A DNA stretch of 62,912 nucleotides, counting the filler, from Squatina squatina (lineage: Eukaryota): assembly GCA_031763465.1 (NCBI GenBank). It is 4 parts of 4 records of this genome, joined end to end, with 100 filler letters (N's around TTAATTAATTAA, not from the genome) between each part and the next. Parts side by side here need not be neighbours in the genome. Positions count along the whole stretch, not along the records: positions 48,675 to 62,912 come from JARFOE010000005.1; 3 more parts are not named here. One strand, 5' to 3'. The notes beneath the pieces are model-generated. The model saw only the letters and a program-made list of their open reading frames with translations. It was not told the DNA's origin and made no database searches. Positions 48,781 to 61,144 of the stretch are shown one piece after another; position 1 is the first letter of the stretch, and each line of letters opens with the position of its first letter. The translations under genes and the position numbers were made by a program.

Positions 48781-50075
48781 GTGTAAAAGTTGTGCAGTCT
48801 GATCTATCTGTCAATTAGTTGCTAATTGATTTGTTCTAGAAACCAGCTTTCGGTAAATGCTGCTCTAATGACTGCATAATTCAAAGTAGCAGTGGTAACC
48901 TGAATGAGTGATTGAATCTCTAGGGAGTCAAACAGCGAACCTGCTCTTTGTGCCCCTGCTGCGGTGTTATTAATGGAGGGAAATTAAATTGATATCTGTG
49001 TCGAGGATGTTCAAGTATAAGTCACAAATCATCCACAACAGATAGCAAAATAATAGGCCTAATGGATACAACTATATTCAGATACTGGGAATAGGGACAA
49101 ACATAATTGGAAAGCACTATGTATTAGATACAGAGTCTGATTTCCCACTGGTGCAGGAATATGGATGGTCTTTGTTCCCAAGGCATTTTTAACCCTCTTC
49201 ACCAAGAAAGGCTGAAAGGCTAAGAGGTCCAAAATAGCTGCGAGAGCTCTGCAGATTGGTAGTGAGGTGGTGAAACAGCTTTGCTGCCTGTATGAGAAGG
49301 GCCTTAGCCACTCAGCCTAGCAGTGGCCATGTATTTTGCCGCTTCTCCCTCAGCAGATAGCTGCAGTTTGTACCTCCAATGTCTGGACTGCAGCGTCTCA
49401 AGTGGGTGTCACAGAAGTTTGGGCAGCATCACAACATGTATAGTGGAAACCTGCTGTAAGTTTCAGACGATAAATAAGGAGCAAATGTGTTTTATAAATG
49501 GCTTATAAGCCAAGCAGTGTTGTTGAAATTCAGTTAGAAACGTGAATATTCAGTATTGAGTATAACCAAGAGTGGAGAATTTCAACATAGCAACAAAGAC
49601 ACAAAAGCTGTTAAAATATATGCACATAGCAATAGATAATGTAAAGCAAATACCTGAGCTGAAAACTGGTATATTATGAAATCTCTGCTATTTTTCCTCT
49701 AGTTATAATAACATTGGCCTGGAATTTATGTTCACCGGCAAAACAACAGCGATCTCCGCTGACATCGAAGAAAGCTGCCTACAAACAGCTTGCGATCTCA
49801 GTGACGATAACCTTAGCTTTCTTGATGTTAAATTGACTGTAGAGTAGAGAAGCATTTATTTCATCAAGTTGTCTGAACAACCAATCACATTGAAAAATTC
49901 TCACAGATGGCAAACCAGGAAGTAAAAAGCACTGATTATGAATTCACTNNNNNNNNNNNNNNNNNNNNNNNNNNNNNNNNNNNNNNNNNNNNNNNNNNNN
50001 NNNNNNNNNNNNNNNNNNNNNNNNNNNNNNNNNNNNNNNNNNNNNNNNTTAAAATATGTGTGACACATTAATATG

Positions 50076-50640
50076 ACTAACACTAACACCTGGCTTAAGC
50101 TGTACAAACACTTGACCAGCGCAGATTTTTTTTTTCTGCAGTGCTTCCCTGCTAAAAATAAAAAAAATTCTGATTGTTTCCTAAACGTAATTTCCTGTAC
50201 AGTCACTAACCTTGTTAGAAGATTGCATTGGTTTCCATAGTTTCTGTTTCTTAATCCTCTCTTTGGTTTTTAAGAGGGAAGCATCTAGGCGGGTTAGATC
50301 ACAAATCAAGACTACTAACACGTGTAACTCACAAGCATTACTGCATGTATGCAAGTAGTTTTATTCCCCTCCTGAAGCCTATTGGGCGACATCCAGAAGG
50401 TTAAAAAGAGGCTGAGATTTGTATTCCCCCATGCATGCCATTTGTGTAGTGGATGCAGGCTGGTTTTGCCGTGGGCCTTTTCACCTATGTGTGTGCGTCT
50501 TTCACTCTTCCTTTTGCATTTATTCAGTTGCGACTGAATAGTTTCCTTGCGCTCAGCAAACAATAAGCGACACTTTTTCATTTAGGCATTGTCTTTGAAG
50601 TTTGACGGCCATCAGAAGAATGCCAAAATGGAAGTGCATG
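50076..50640 (+). promoter_or_regulatory. Cluster of splicing-factor motifs (QKI ACTAAC x4, RBFOX TGCATG x3) in the presumed NCAM1 intron before exon 13
   Basis: ACTAAC at 50076, 50082, 50205 and 50314. TGCATG at 50342, 50432 and 50635. Confidence 0.5.
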
Positions 50641-51774
50641 TGTATATAAAAATTTTGTATTAATTGCGAATCTCCTGTGGCATTGCTCATAGTGAGTCAG
50701 AGGATGGCTTTACTGGTAACTGTGGGCAAGATCTGATCAGTAATGGGGAAATGGGAGAGTTTCTGCCACTCAGGTTGGCAGCAGTTATGTTTTTTCGCTA
50801 CAGCTATCTTTGCATTTTATGGTGCTTGAGAGTGAAGGCAGAAACTATGGGCGCCCAATTCGATTGCCCTAGTTGGGTGTTAAGTTTTGGTCTTAGAACT
50901 TCAGGCTAAAGTCAGCCTTTTCAACACTTCGAAAAAAATTGTAAAACTGTCTGAAAAAACGTGCAATTTTCAGCGCTAAAGGGCCCATACTTAGCCCTGA
51001 TTTTCTTAGTCTTTTTCAGGTGTTGAAAATCTCAATTGGCTTAAGTGCTTCCACTAATCTATCAGCCCANNNNNNNNNNNNNNNNNNNNNNNNNNNNNNN
51101 NNNNNNNNNNNNNNNNNNNNNNNNNNNNNNNNNNNNNNNNNNNNNNNNNNNNNNNNNNNNNNNNNNNNNNNNNNNNNNNNNNNNNNNNNNNNNNNNNNNN
51201 NNNNNNNNNNNNNNNNNNNNNACACTTAGTGATTGGATTGTGTAGAATTGCCGTCCCATTTGGAATCAGCCTTCACAAGGAGCAACTGTGTTTCTGTTTC
51301 TTCCTTTGGAATGTCACTAACCTGTTAAGTTGCAGCATAACTCTATTTATTTGGACTGCAAACATATTCTTTGATAAGTTAACCAAAAATATTCGTAGCT
51401 TTATGATGTTTATGAAACTTTAATATTTTGAGTATTGTTACCCGCTAGCCTAACTTAAGGTAGACACTAACAGCAGCGTAACTATTAGGTGGTGGCTCTT
51501 GTACTGGAGACTCAGTGAAGCCATAACAGCCTTATAGTCATTTGATTTATTTAATTTATTGCATCTTTAATGATCGCATTTATTGCAGTGTCCTGAGCAC
51601 TCTTCATATAGCACAACCTGCAAATAACATTTATTGAAAGCAGATTCTTGTACAAATAATATTATTATTGGATTGATAAGCAGTGATCTAAAATTAAAAT
51701 AAGGACATGACTGGCGCTTGCACAGAAAGAATATGTGAATCTCAGTAAATGTTACAGCATTGGGTTGGTGTCTA

Positions 51775-52058
51775 CATCCCTCCCCCCCTCTCCAAAACTC
51801 TCTTCCCCTGGCTCCAGCTACTTGTGCATTCTCCTCGACCTTCACCTTCCTATTGTCGGCTGTGCCCTCGGTCACCTGGGCCCCATGCCCTGACCCACTC
51901 CACCTCCCCCTCCTCCTTTTAAGACTCTCCTTAAAACCCACCTCTTGCCCCTGCTAATATCCCCTCCTTTGGCTCGATGTGTTTTTTTGATACTACCTCT
52001 GTGAAGAGCTATAGGAGGCTTTTCTCCTAGAACAGGCAATATACAAATGCAAGTCGTT
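51775..52058 (+). mobile_element. L2-like LINE 3' end
   Basis: GGCTGTGCCCTC...CTGGGCCC...CTCCTTTTAAGACTCTCCTTAAAACCCACCTCTT...CTGTGAAG...ATACAAATGCAAGTCGTTG. Confidence 0.65.
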
Positions 52059-53799
52059 GAATCAACCTTTTCCATCCTGACAGCGTCGATCGCTCTCGTG
52101 TCTGTATTTCAGCTGCTGAACTGTGGTGAGGTACTTAGCAAAAACCAGGTGCTTTCCCTTGAGTGAGGAAGAACGACAGGAAGGTCATCTATGCACTACC
52201 AACTGGTCAGTGCAGGCAGGATTCAATAGAGGCCAAAATAAAGGTCACATCTGCCTATTAAAGAACAGTTGATTTGTGCTCTCGGAAAACCAGAGAATTG
52301 GGAGAAAATCAGTGTCACTTTACGATCAAATTAACATATAGAACTACAAAATAGATCAATTTCAGTGCATGAACCTATGAAGTTGTCACTTACACATTTA
52401 TTTTAATTTATGTTGCAAGGATCTTCATAATAACTGGTCTCCTTACAAGAGCCACCACTGCACATGACTGATCTGATTGAGCAGAACTGCATTATTATTT
52501 TAGTAATTTAATAATTTATCATTTTGACGTAATGCATCACCCAATCTGGAGCGCTGAAGGGTAATTTATAAATAAAAATGTAGCTTTCAGTTTCCTCTCG
52601 CTTTCACCTGCCATATGTGATAACTTATTGATGTTTTCTGATCCTATCGGGTTTCCAAAACACGAGATTAGCTACTGCTTTTGATCAGTGTCTCAATAGT
52701 GATATGTTTGGCACAAAACTTTAGAAATTTCTGGGTTTANNNNNNNNNNNNNNNNNNNNNNNNNNNNNNNNNNNNNNNNNNNNNNNNNNNNNNNNNNNNN
52801 NNNNNNNNNNNNNNNNNNNNNNNNNNNNNNNNNNNNNNNNNNNNNNNNNNNNNNNNNNNNNNNNNNNNNNNNNNNNNNNNNNNNNNNNNNNNNNNNNNNN
52901 NNNNNNNNNNNNNNNNNNNNNNNNNNNNNNNNNNNNNNNNNNNNNNNNNNNNNNNNNNNNNNNNNNNNNNNNNNNNNNNNNNNNNNNNNNNNNNNNNNNN
53001 NNNNNNNNNNNNNNNNNNNNNNNNNNNNNNNNNNNNNNNNNNNNNNNNNNNNNNNNNNNNNNNNNNNNNNNNNNNNNNNNNNNNNNNNNNNNNNNNNNNN
53101 NNNNNNNNNNNNNNNNNNNNNNNNNNNNNNNNNNNNNNNNNNNNNNNNNNNNNNNNNNNNNNNNNNNNNNNNNNNNNNNNNNNNNNNNNNNNNNNNNNNN
53201 NNNNNNNNNNNNNNNNNNNNNNNNNNNNNNNNNNNNNNNNNNNNNNNNNNNNNNNNNNNNNNNNNNNNNNNNNNNNNNNNNNNNNNNNNNNNNNNNNNNN
53301 NNNNNNNNNNNNNNNNNNNNNNNNNNNNNNNNNNNNNNNNNNNNNNNNNNNNNNNNNNNNNNNNNNNNNNNNNNNNNNNNNNNNNNNNNNNNNNNNNNNN
53401 NNNNNNNNNNNNNNNNNNNNNNNNNNNNNNNNNNNNNNNNNNNNNNNNNNNNNNNNNNNNNNNNNNNNNNNNNNNNNNNNNNNNNNNNNNNNNNNNNNNN
53501 NNNNNNNNNNNNNNNNNNNNNNNNNNNNNNNNNNNNATGGCATTGTCTGAAGTGCATTTACCTTCCTTATACTTTAGTAACTAACTAAACCAATTACTGC
53601 GATACAGCAAACATGATCATTGTAGATCATTTAAATGCAGTTCTGTTCTCAGTAAGTTATTTTTGCAAAGCATTTTTAAAAACAATTATTGATCGACATA
53701 AAGTTAATGATGTCTTCTGAGTAAATGCAGTGATGTTATTAAATAAGAACATTTGGATTATTGGATTAGAAATGTGTTGTTACCAACATTAACTTGTAG

Positions 53800-53924
53800 G
53801 AGAGCCAAGTCCACCTAAACTTGAAGGACAAGTACTCGGAAGTGGAAATATCTTCAAAGTGAACTGGATCAAGCAGGATGATGGTGGCTCCCCTATCCAA
53901 CATTACCTGGTCAGATACAAAGCT
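53800..53924 (+). CDS. NCAM1: NCAM1 exon 13 (first half of second fibronectin type III domain), 125 nt
   Basis: Splice sites cttgtag|GA GAG...AAA GCT|gtaagt. Translates EPSPPKLEGQVLGSGNIFKVNWIKQDDGGSPIQHYLVRYKA versus human EPSAPKLEGQMGEDGNSIKVNLIKQDDGGSPIRHYLVRYRA. Absent from the ORF track. Confidence 0.93.
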
Positions 53925-54017
53925 GTAAGTACAGAGAATATGTCAAGGACCTACATTTTTGAATTCTAAAATGGAAGATAAACATTGTTTTCTGTACCGT
54001 GGAATTTGAAAGATGTA

Positions 54018-54494
54018 TTCAACTGGCGTATTGTGTCCAATTTTGGGTGCCACAGTTTAGGAAGGATATGAAGACCTTAGAGAGGGTGCAGAAAAGATTT
54101 ATGCGAATGAGGGATTTCAGATACGTGGATAGACTGGAGAAGCTGGGGTTGTTCTCCTTAGAGCACAGAAGGTTAAGAGGCAATTTGATGGAGGTGTTCA
54201 AAATCATGAATTAATTTGATCGTGTGAATAAGGAGAAACACAAGGGTCGGTAACCAGAGGCACAGATTTAAGATGATTGGCAAAAGAACCAGAGGCGAGA
54301 TGGGCTAAAAAGAATTATGCAGGAAGTTTGAATGACCTGGAATGCTCTGCCTGAAAGGTTGGTGGAAGCAGATTCAATAGTAACTTTTAAAGGTGAATTG
54401 GATAAATACTTGAAGGGGAGAACAGTTACAGGGCTATGGGGAAAGAGCAGGAGAGTGGAACTAATTGGATAGCAGTTTCAAAGAGCACGATGGG
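54018..54494 (+). mobile_element. CR1 LINE 3' end inside an NCAM1 intron
   Basis: QLAYCVQFWVPQFRKDMKTLERVQKRF...RLEKLGLFSLEHRRLRGNLMEVFKIM, followed by WNALPE and a CR1 tail. Confidence 0.9.
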
Positions 54495-55550
54495 NNNNNN
54501 NNNNNNNNNNNNNNNNNNNNNNNNNNNNNNNNNNNNNNNNNNNNNNNNNNNNNNNNNNNNNNNNNNNNNNNNNNNNNNNNNNNNNNNNNNNNNNCTAAAT
54601 GTGTAGATATAAGCTTGCGCAGGCAAAAGTAATTTTTTTCCACTGATTGGTATTCATTTTGAAATGTTAAATGTATTGCAGCTTTTTTGCAACATAAATC
54701 TACCTTTGTTCTTTGATAGTATCAATAAAAACACTACTGACTCGCTTCATCAATAGCACAAGAAGTGATCAATTGGACTTTTGAATATTTCAACTGCTCT
54801 GTCGATGTATTCTAGCATTTAGTGGTTGTTGAATTAACACATGAATGTTATATGGGGATGCAGCAGAGTGTGCTGCAGTTTGCATGACCAGCCTGAAAAT
54901 GTTAACTGGCCTATTACATCACTAAGGCAGTTACTCACACCAACAGCTTGGAGCATGGGCGAGGGAACTGCTTTTCCATGCAACAGTTGCAAGTCATTTA
55001 ACTGAATGCAGCTAACATATGGCAGTAAAATAGAACATAGCATTAATTTCAAATCCTTTCTTCCCAGCCTTATTACTGCTTCATGTTTGTCTGTCATTGA
55101 AACTACTTACTGTTCCTTTTTGCTCTATTCTGTACTCGCAGCCCATTGTGTATCATTTCCATTCTCCCAGCTTAGTTTTGTGCCCTTTAACCCTGTAACC
55201 ATGAAATATGATCTTTGACCTAGTGTGCTATTCATACTCTGCTTAAAATGAAGCATACTTACTCTTTTATGTTACACAAATATTTCTCTAATCTGTTTTA
55301 TTTCAATTTAACATTTACACTTTATTTGTTTACCTTAAATTCTTAATTTGTTTTTGTATTTATGATCTTTTTTTTCTCTCTTTCCCTCTCTTACCCCACC
55401 CCTTTTTCCTCCCTCCCTTTCTCCCACCTGTCTGTCTTCACATGCACTTGTTTCCATTACCCCTATGTTTTCTATGAACACTGATTGGACTGGCCATTTT
55501 GTTTCACAACTCTTTGCTGCCCATGGACGGAAATACTTTGGCTACAACAG

Positions 55551-55630
55551 CAACTATGGGTGGTTCATCAGTATCATACACACTCTTCTCATTACTCTTC
55601 TCTGCCATTCTCGTTGTTTTGCTGTCGTAG
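55551..55630 (+). CDS. NCAM1: NCAM1 exon 15, GPI-anchor signal terminal exon (NCAM-120 isoform)
   Basis: acaacag|CA ACT ATG...CTG TCG TAG translates (A)TMGGSSVSYTLFSLLFSAILVVLLS*, matching human ATLGGNSASYTFVSLLFSAVTLLLLC*. Position is correct (between exons 13 and 17). Confidence 0.88.
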
Positions 55631-55636
55631 ACTCTC

Positions 55637-55642
55637 AATAAA
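55637..55642 (+). terminator. Polyadenylation signal AATAAA just after the NCAM-120 stop codon
   Basis: AATAAA 6 nt downstream of the TAG, with T/GT-rich sequence further downstream. Confidence 0.6.
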
Positions 55643-55844
55643 GGCATGCTGTATTCTCCCCAGACAGTTCAACACATAATTTTATGCCTTTGCGGTTGCT
55701 TCAAATGTATTTGAGTGTTAATCAGAAACAGAATTGTACAATTTTTTTTCACAACAAATGAGCTGTTTAAACAAAATGTCAATTTAAAAGCTGGCTCATC
55801 GGCTGCGAGGGGCCCCGGAGCACGGATGCGCAGCTTAATTTACA

Positions 55845-56031
55845 TTGCATTTGGCCCAACAGGACTATGCTGGTCTTTATGCTCCGCATGAAGCTCCTCC
55901 CAGCCCGCTTCATCTAACCCCATCAACATATTCTTCTAGTCCATTCTCCCTCATGTGTTCATCTAGCTTTCCCTTACGTGCATTAATGCTATTCGCCTCA
56001 ACCATTCCTTGTGGTAACGAGTTCCACATTC
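55845..56031 (-). mobile_element. CR1 LINE 3' terminal fragment
   Basis: Same family as 2029-2210. The minus strand carries GAATGTGGAACTCGTTACCACAAGGAATGGTTGAGGCG (MWNSLPQGMVEA). Confidence 0.75.
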
Positions 56032-59000
56032 NNNNNNNNNNNNNNNNNNNNNNNNNNNNNNNNNNNNNNNNNNNNNNNNNNNNNNCTGAAGTAAAACCGT
56101 GGTATAAATATTGTATATTGTATATCTGGAACAGCTACAAAGGAATTTCATACAAAAAAATTGTCAATTTAAAGTTTAATTGAAAAAAAAAATTAAAATG
56201 TAATTTTTGACTTGAGAATCGAGTTCCAAAAATGATACCTAGGTTTTTTTTGCTGTATTTTGCCATTTGGTATTTTAGTGGTAATGCAAGCACATGGAAA
56301 GAAAGCTTATCTCAAGCTCACAGCTTGGTTAAATATGTTTAATTTTATACAGCTATGCTAGCATGCACCATACCGTATGCAGGAGACTCCTGAGAGTGTT
56401 ATGTGTGTAGGTCATGGCGCTAGACATTTTTTTTTCCCCAGTACTTTCTCTAACTAAGCCATTTGTAAGCAAATTAATGTAGACTCATCAGGTCTGACTG
56501 CAGTATGGTAGAATTGCCTTAAATGTAGAGATTCTAATTAATCGTAGTTTTTACAGATGTAAAAAAAAATGTGCCATAGATAACCGAGAAAATACGATCT
56601 CCTGAAGACAAACACAATTGACTAAATTCTGTTTCCTTAAATAAGCTGATTTCCATTAAGGAGAAAATTAATTTTTTTATAGACATTTATTTTTTCTGGT
56701 TCATAGTCTATGTTGACCCTACTGTATATGGTCAAGAATTACATTTTCAATTTCCCCTGAAATATNNNNNNNNNNNNNNNNAGAGATAAAAGCAAAGTGA
56801 AATAAAAAATATGAAAATGTTGGAAATACACAGCAGGCCTGTCAGCATCTAATACGTTGTGTTAACACGTGGATCGAAACCCTTCATCAGAACTGGAAAA
56901 TAAGCAAGCCCGTTTATAGAACTGACCAAAGTGAAGGGAGAATTTGGGTGAGTCCTCCCCTGAAATATTAGCCCATTTTTGTTGGCTCCAGACAAGCCTG
57001 CTGTGTAATTTTGTGGTTATAATTAACATATAATGTGGGATGTAATCAAAACAACATTTTATTGGTAATGCATTAGAAAATGTACCCATTTATGGATTGT
57101 AATCACCATGCACTGTATCTGCATTGTGTACATTTACAGAGTATGTGACCAGTAACTTTTTAAAGTTGTTTTTCATTGATAAGAGCTTTTCATAACTTGC
57201 ATATTTTCACAGGAAATGCAAACGGTAAACACAACACAACAAAACTAAACTAAACATGACAGACAGGAAGAGTCTCATTGGCGGTCTGGCATTCAATGTT
57301 AATAAATGTAACAATATTTCTAAGTGGTACTTGTTCTCTCAATACTTGTACTTCTTTAACTAATTCCAATATAGCACCCAATAAATTTAATACACTAAGG
57401 AAACCAAAATTTAGTGGAGTCCCTATTAATTGCCATTGTTTGAATTGTCTAATCGGTCAGGGTATGGCAGGACAGTTCAACAATATATCATGTGCTCTGC
57501 CATTTTCCTCTGTTATTGGCAAAGAAAGTGCACATGCTTAAGTTGGCAATAATATTAGTTCTAAATGATTCAGTACCTTTGCCACTGAAGTAGTCAATGT
57601 TATTGTGGTGAAATCTCATTCATTTGCTACCTGTGAGCTGTATCTAGTCCATAAATTGTTATTACTAGGCAAGATTTGTTGCTATTAAACAAGGTGGAAC
57701 TTACTAGTTACTAAAACAAACCTCAGTTGAGGAATGTCCATGCTTGAATGGAAAATAAATTTGCATTTGGCATACAAAACCTTGTTAAATATTTGTACTC
57801 TGTTTTACACAAATCAATTAAACACCAGATGTTTCTTATATGTGAGATAAATTAGCATGGATTCAGGCCTGTAGATGCTGTACTGAATGACCATATGAGA
57901 GCTTAGCACCAAAATCAATTGATCTTTGCTTGGTTTTGAAGATATTAATTTGTTTTGCATGTTGTCATGTCCCTAGGCCTGTCCTCTGTCCTTTATGTCT
58001 CCTCACTGTGTGCCTTTATTGCAAAATCTTGGTCGAACTTGTTGGGGTGAAATTGTCATTGGTGTTGCCACCTTCAGAAGAAATTCCTCTGTGTGCTATT
58101 TTAGCATATTTGGTAACCCATTTAAAGTAAACAAATGAACAAATACGTTAAATAGTACAACTTCATGCAAATGTCATCGTGCATTTGCTGCATTTAGAGC
58201 AACATTATTCTTTTCTGAAATGATTTGAAAAGATCATTGCATCTAGCACTAATAAGCACGAGCAAACATTCTTCGCAATTGTTTATGGTTAATGCCACTT
58301 AGATCCTACAGAGAGAAGAGTGCAGCATTTTTTCCAAATAACTGTATTTCACAGCTGCACTAATATTATCAATATGCTACTGCCGGCTTTTCTTTGTGCA
58401 GTCGTGCAATAGTGTGACTTAATAAGTGAACGCTATAAACGTTCTTCAGTATATGCCCCAATTAATGAACTCTATTGCATATAGCACACTGCACTTCCTA
58501 ATGAATTTGTATAGTAAAAGCTGAGCTTTGCATTCACATGATCATCAACCCCAAAATAATATGTTTTAGCTTTTAAACCATGAGATATATATTTGGAACA
58601 AATTCTTCTTCCACTTTGAGTTGAAAAGTTTTGTTGGATGTGGCACTTCATACTTTATGATATCAACAGAGAACTATTAGGTGGGTGATCAAACTTAGCG
58701 TCTCAATAAATGCCCCATTTTGTGCATTAAGTTCATTGTAGCACTGGCACGAACAACATTGAAAAGATTATTGGAGGTATTTAAAAATACTGTATTTTCT
58801 TGGAAGTCTGATGAATTTTGAGAGTGAGTCCACCTTGAAAACTGATTGGGAAGTTATCAGATTTACCGTTAAGATTTCTTTAGGCTAAAGTGGAATATTT
58901 TTATTTGTGTTGAATATGTAATATGTAGCCCAACTTATTTGGAACCTGTAGGATTGTACTCCACAAAACAGAAAGCGAATCCCACCGGTGGCTTTAAAAA

Positions 59001-60088
59001 CTGCTGCAAGATTGCAGTGCTGGTCCCCTTCCAGAATTTCATTCTGTTTTTCCTTTCCGAGATAATTCATTTTGTTTTAAAAGTCTCTGGTGTCCGATTG
59101 TAGAGATTTGATAGTCGAAAATGTAATATATCCAAGCATTCATTGCAGAATTTTAGAGTTCTTATGCTCCGTCGGTTTCAGTATTCTTGACATTGGCAGG
59201 ATATACCCAACCTTAAATTTTCAATGAAATATTGTTCCAAAAAAAAGAGGAATTTTCACACTGAGGCTTGAACATTGTTAAAATTGCATTAGTCTTTCTA
59301 ACTGTAAAACAAAGTTGGCATTAATTGTCTGAAAGACTTTGTTTGCACTAATTTTGGGGAAAGGTTTGAAATGTGTCGCATCAAGTTCCTGCCAACAGAT
59401 GAATAGTCCTGCAGATTTTTATTACAAAATAAAGTACACACTTAACAGACATTTTGATGTGTATATTTACCAAATATTTGAATTCCGATTTATTCCGTGC
59501 ATTGAAGCTCTGCACAGTGAGTTGAGTTTAGTTGGCCTGGTGGCATTTTCACAAGAAAAAAATGGAAATGTCCATTTAGTCAGAGCATCCCACTGAACAA
59601 TCCAGATGCCAATGATAATGCTATCCATTTAGATGCTGACCCTCCTCACTAGAATCTGGCCCCTCTGGTGTTTGTTTTTATTTATCAGTTGAGCCAAGGC
59701 TGCACAGAGCAATCTGTTGGCACAATAATAATGTTGAAGTGCCGCTGCCTGTATTACATGTAGGAAAATGGATGTCTGAAAGTGAGTTACAAGGTTGCAG
59801 TTCAATCAAGTCTTCTGTTGATGCCATAAAAAAGAGTGAAACTCAGGTAGTTTTGAATACCCACACTGCCACCTATATTGAATTATAGCCTCGAGTGAGT
59901 GATCGTTATTTATTATTCTGTATATTAATACATGTATTTTGCAAGAATGCATTTTTGTGGCTTTTCGAACCTCTGTGCACCAAGCATTNNNNNNNNNNNN
60001 NNNNNNNNNNNNNNNNNNNNNNNNNNNNNNNNNNNNNNNNNNNNNNNNNNNNNNNNNNNNNNNNNNNNNNNNNNNNNNNNNNNNNNNN

Positions 60089-60194
60089 CAAAGGAGCCCA
60101 TTGTGGAGGTGCGGACCGAGGAAGAACGAACACCCAATCATGATGGTGGAAGCCAAACAGAACCCAATGAAACCACTCCATTGACAGAACCTGA
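60089..60194 (+). CDS. NCAM1: NCAM1 exon 17 (cytoplasmic), 5' end in gap
   Basis: [35 protein letters not shown] is nearly identical to mammalian NCAM1. Donor GA|gtaagt. Confidence 0.96.
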
Positions 60195-61144
60195 GTAAGT
60201 CACAGTGTGTTTGAGAATGTGGCTGCTTTGTCCTGTGTTCTCAGCTGGTTTTATGCTTCCCGTTTGTGTTGATATGGTTGGTTAATAATTTCTGCTTGCT
60301 TTATGACTTTTGTGAATTCTGTGAGTTACTGTGCACTGTTCAGTCTAATTTGGCTTCTGTTTTCTTGATGGTGCTTCCCAACCCAGAGTTACCTTATCAT
60401 AATGTTACTGAATGTTTTTGAAGGACCAAGCCAAAATGAGGAAAATTAAGGTCCATGACTTAAGAGCCATAGTGGGTCATGAATTTCAGGGAATCATTAA
60501 GGGTTTGCAAATACATTTGAAATGAACTAAGTCAAAACTGAGAGAAATGAATCAAGTTTTACATGATTTCTGTTTAGCAACGCTAATAAAATAACCTTAA
60601 AGTAAGTTTATCATGAAAATTCTGGCCTCTATCTCTGATTGGCTACACATGCATGAATATCAGTACAAAAACAAGTTTGTTTTTTTCTGTTTAACAAAGA
60701 GCACTTTGAAGTTCGTTACAAGGTTGTACACACATTACAACTCAAAACTTGAATCTTGAAGTGCTTTACAATTTTGCATGAAGACATACAGAAACAATAA
60801 AAGTATTCCATTGTGAATTTTGCTTTAAATTAATTTAGGGAAAGAAAGCAATTATGCAACCAACGAACATTGTGACTTACGATGGCTTTGATGTTGGTGT
60901 TCGGGATTATTGAAGCTTAAGTCACTTTCTATCAGTTTTCCTTAAAATCTTAGCCATTCACTATACTGGCTAAGAACGTTATTGTAAGACAATCCTATTT
61001 TCAAACCCAATATATGGCGCTTATTGAATGTATATGTTGCATATGTGGCAGCATGATGGAGTCTTTATGTGTGCTTTTGCTTCTTTCTGTCACTATTGCT
61101 ATATTGTCTATTCTATCCATTTTCTACTCCTGTTGTCCTCACAG

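Noticed and set aside
52681-53557. Long ORFs of 268-289 aa
   Set aside because: Almost entirely N (gap 52740-53537). The same applies to the many ORFs spanning 100-N gaps.
56860-56900. Second hammerhead candidate on the minus strand (CTGATGAAGGGTTTCGATCC...)
   Set aside because: The GAAA core is missing, so it is a decayed copy.
57930-58130. Hydrophobic Cys-rich ORF as candidate NCAM1 transmembrane exon 16
   Set aside because: Lacks the GLSTGAIVG...DITCYF..KCG motif. Exon 16 is more likely in a gap.
61014-61144. Hydrophobic signal-peptide/TM-like N-terminus of the 337-aa ORF
   Set aside because: It is the translated T-rich intron upstream of the NCAM1 exon 18 acceptor at 61144.
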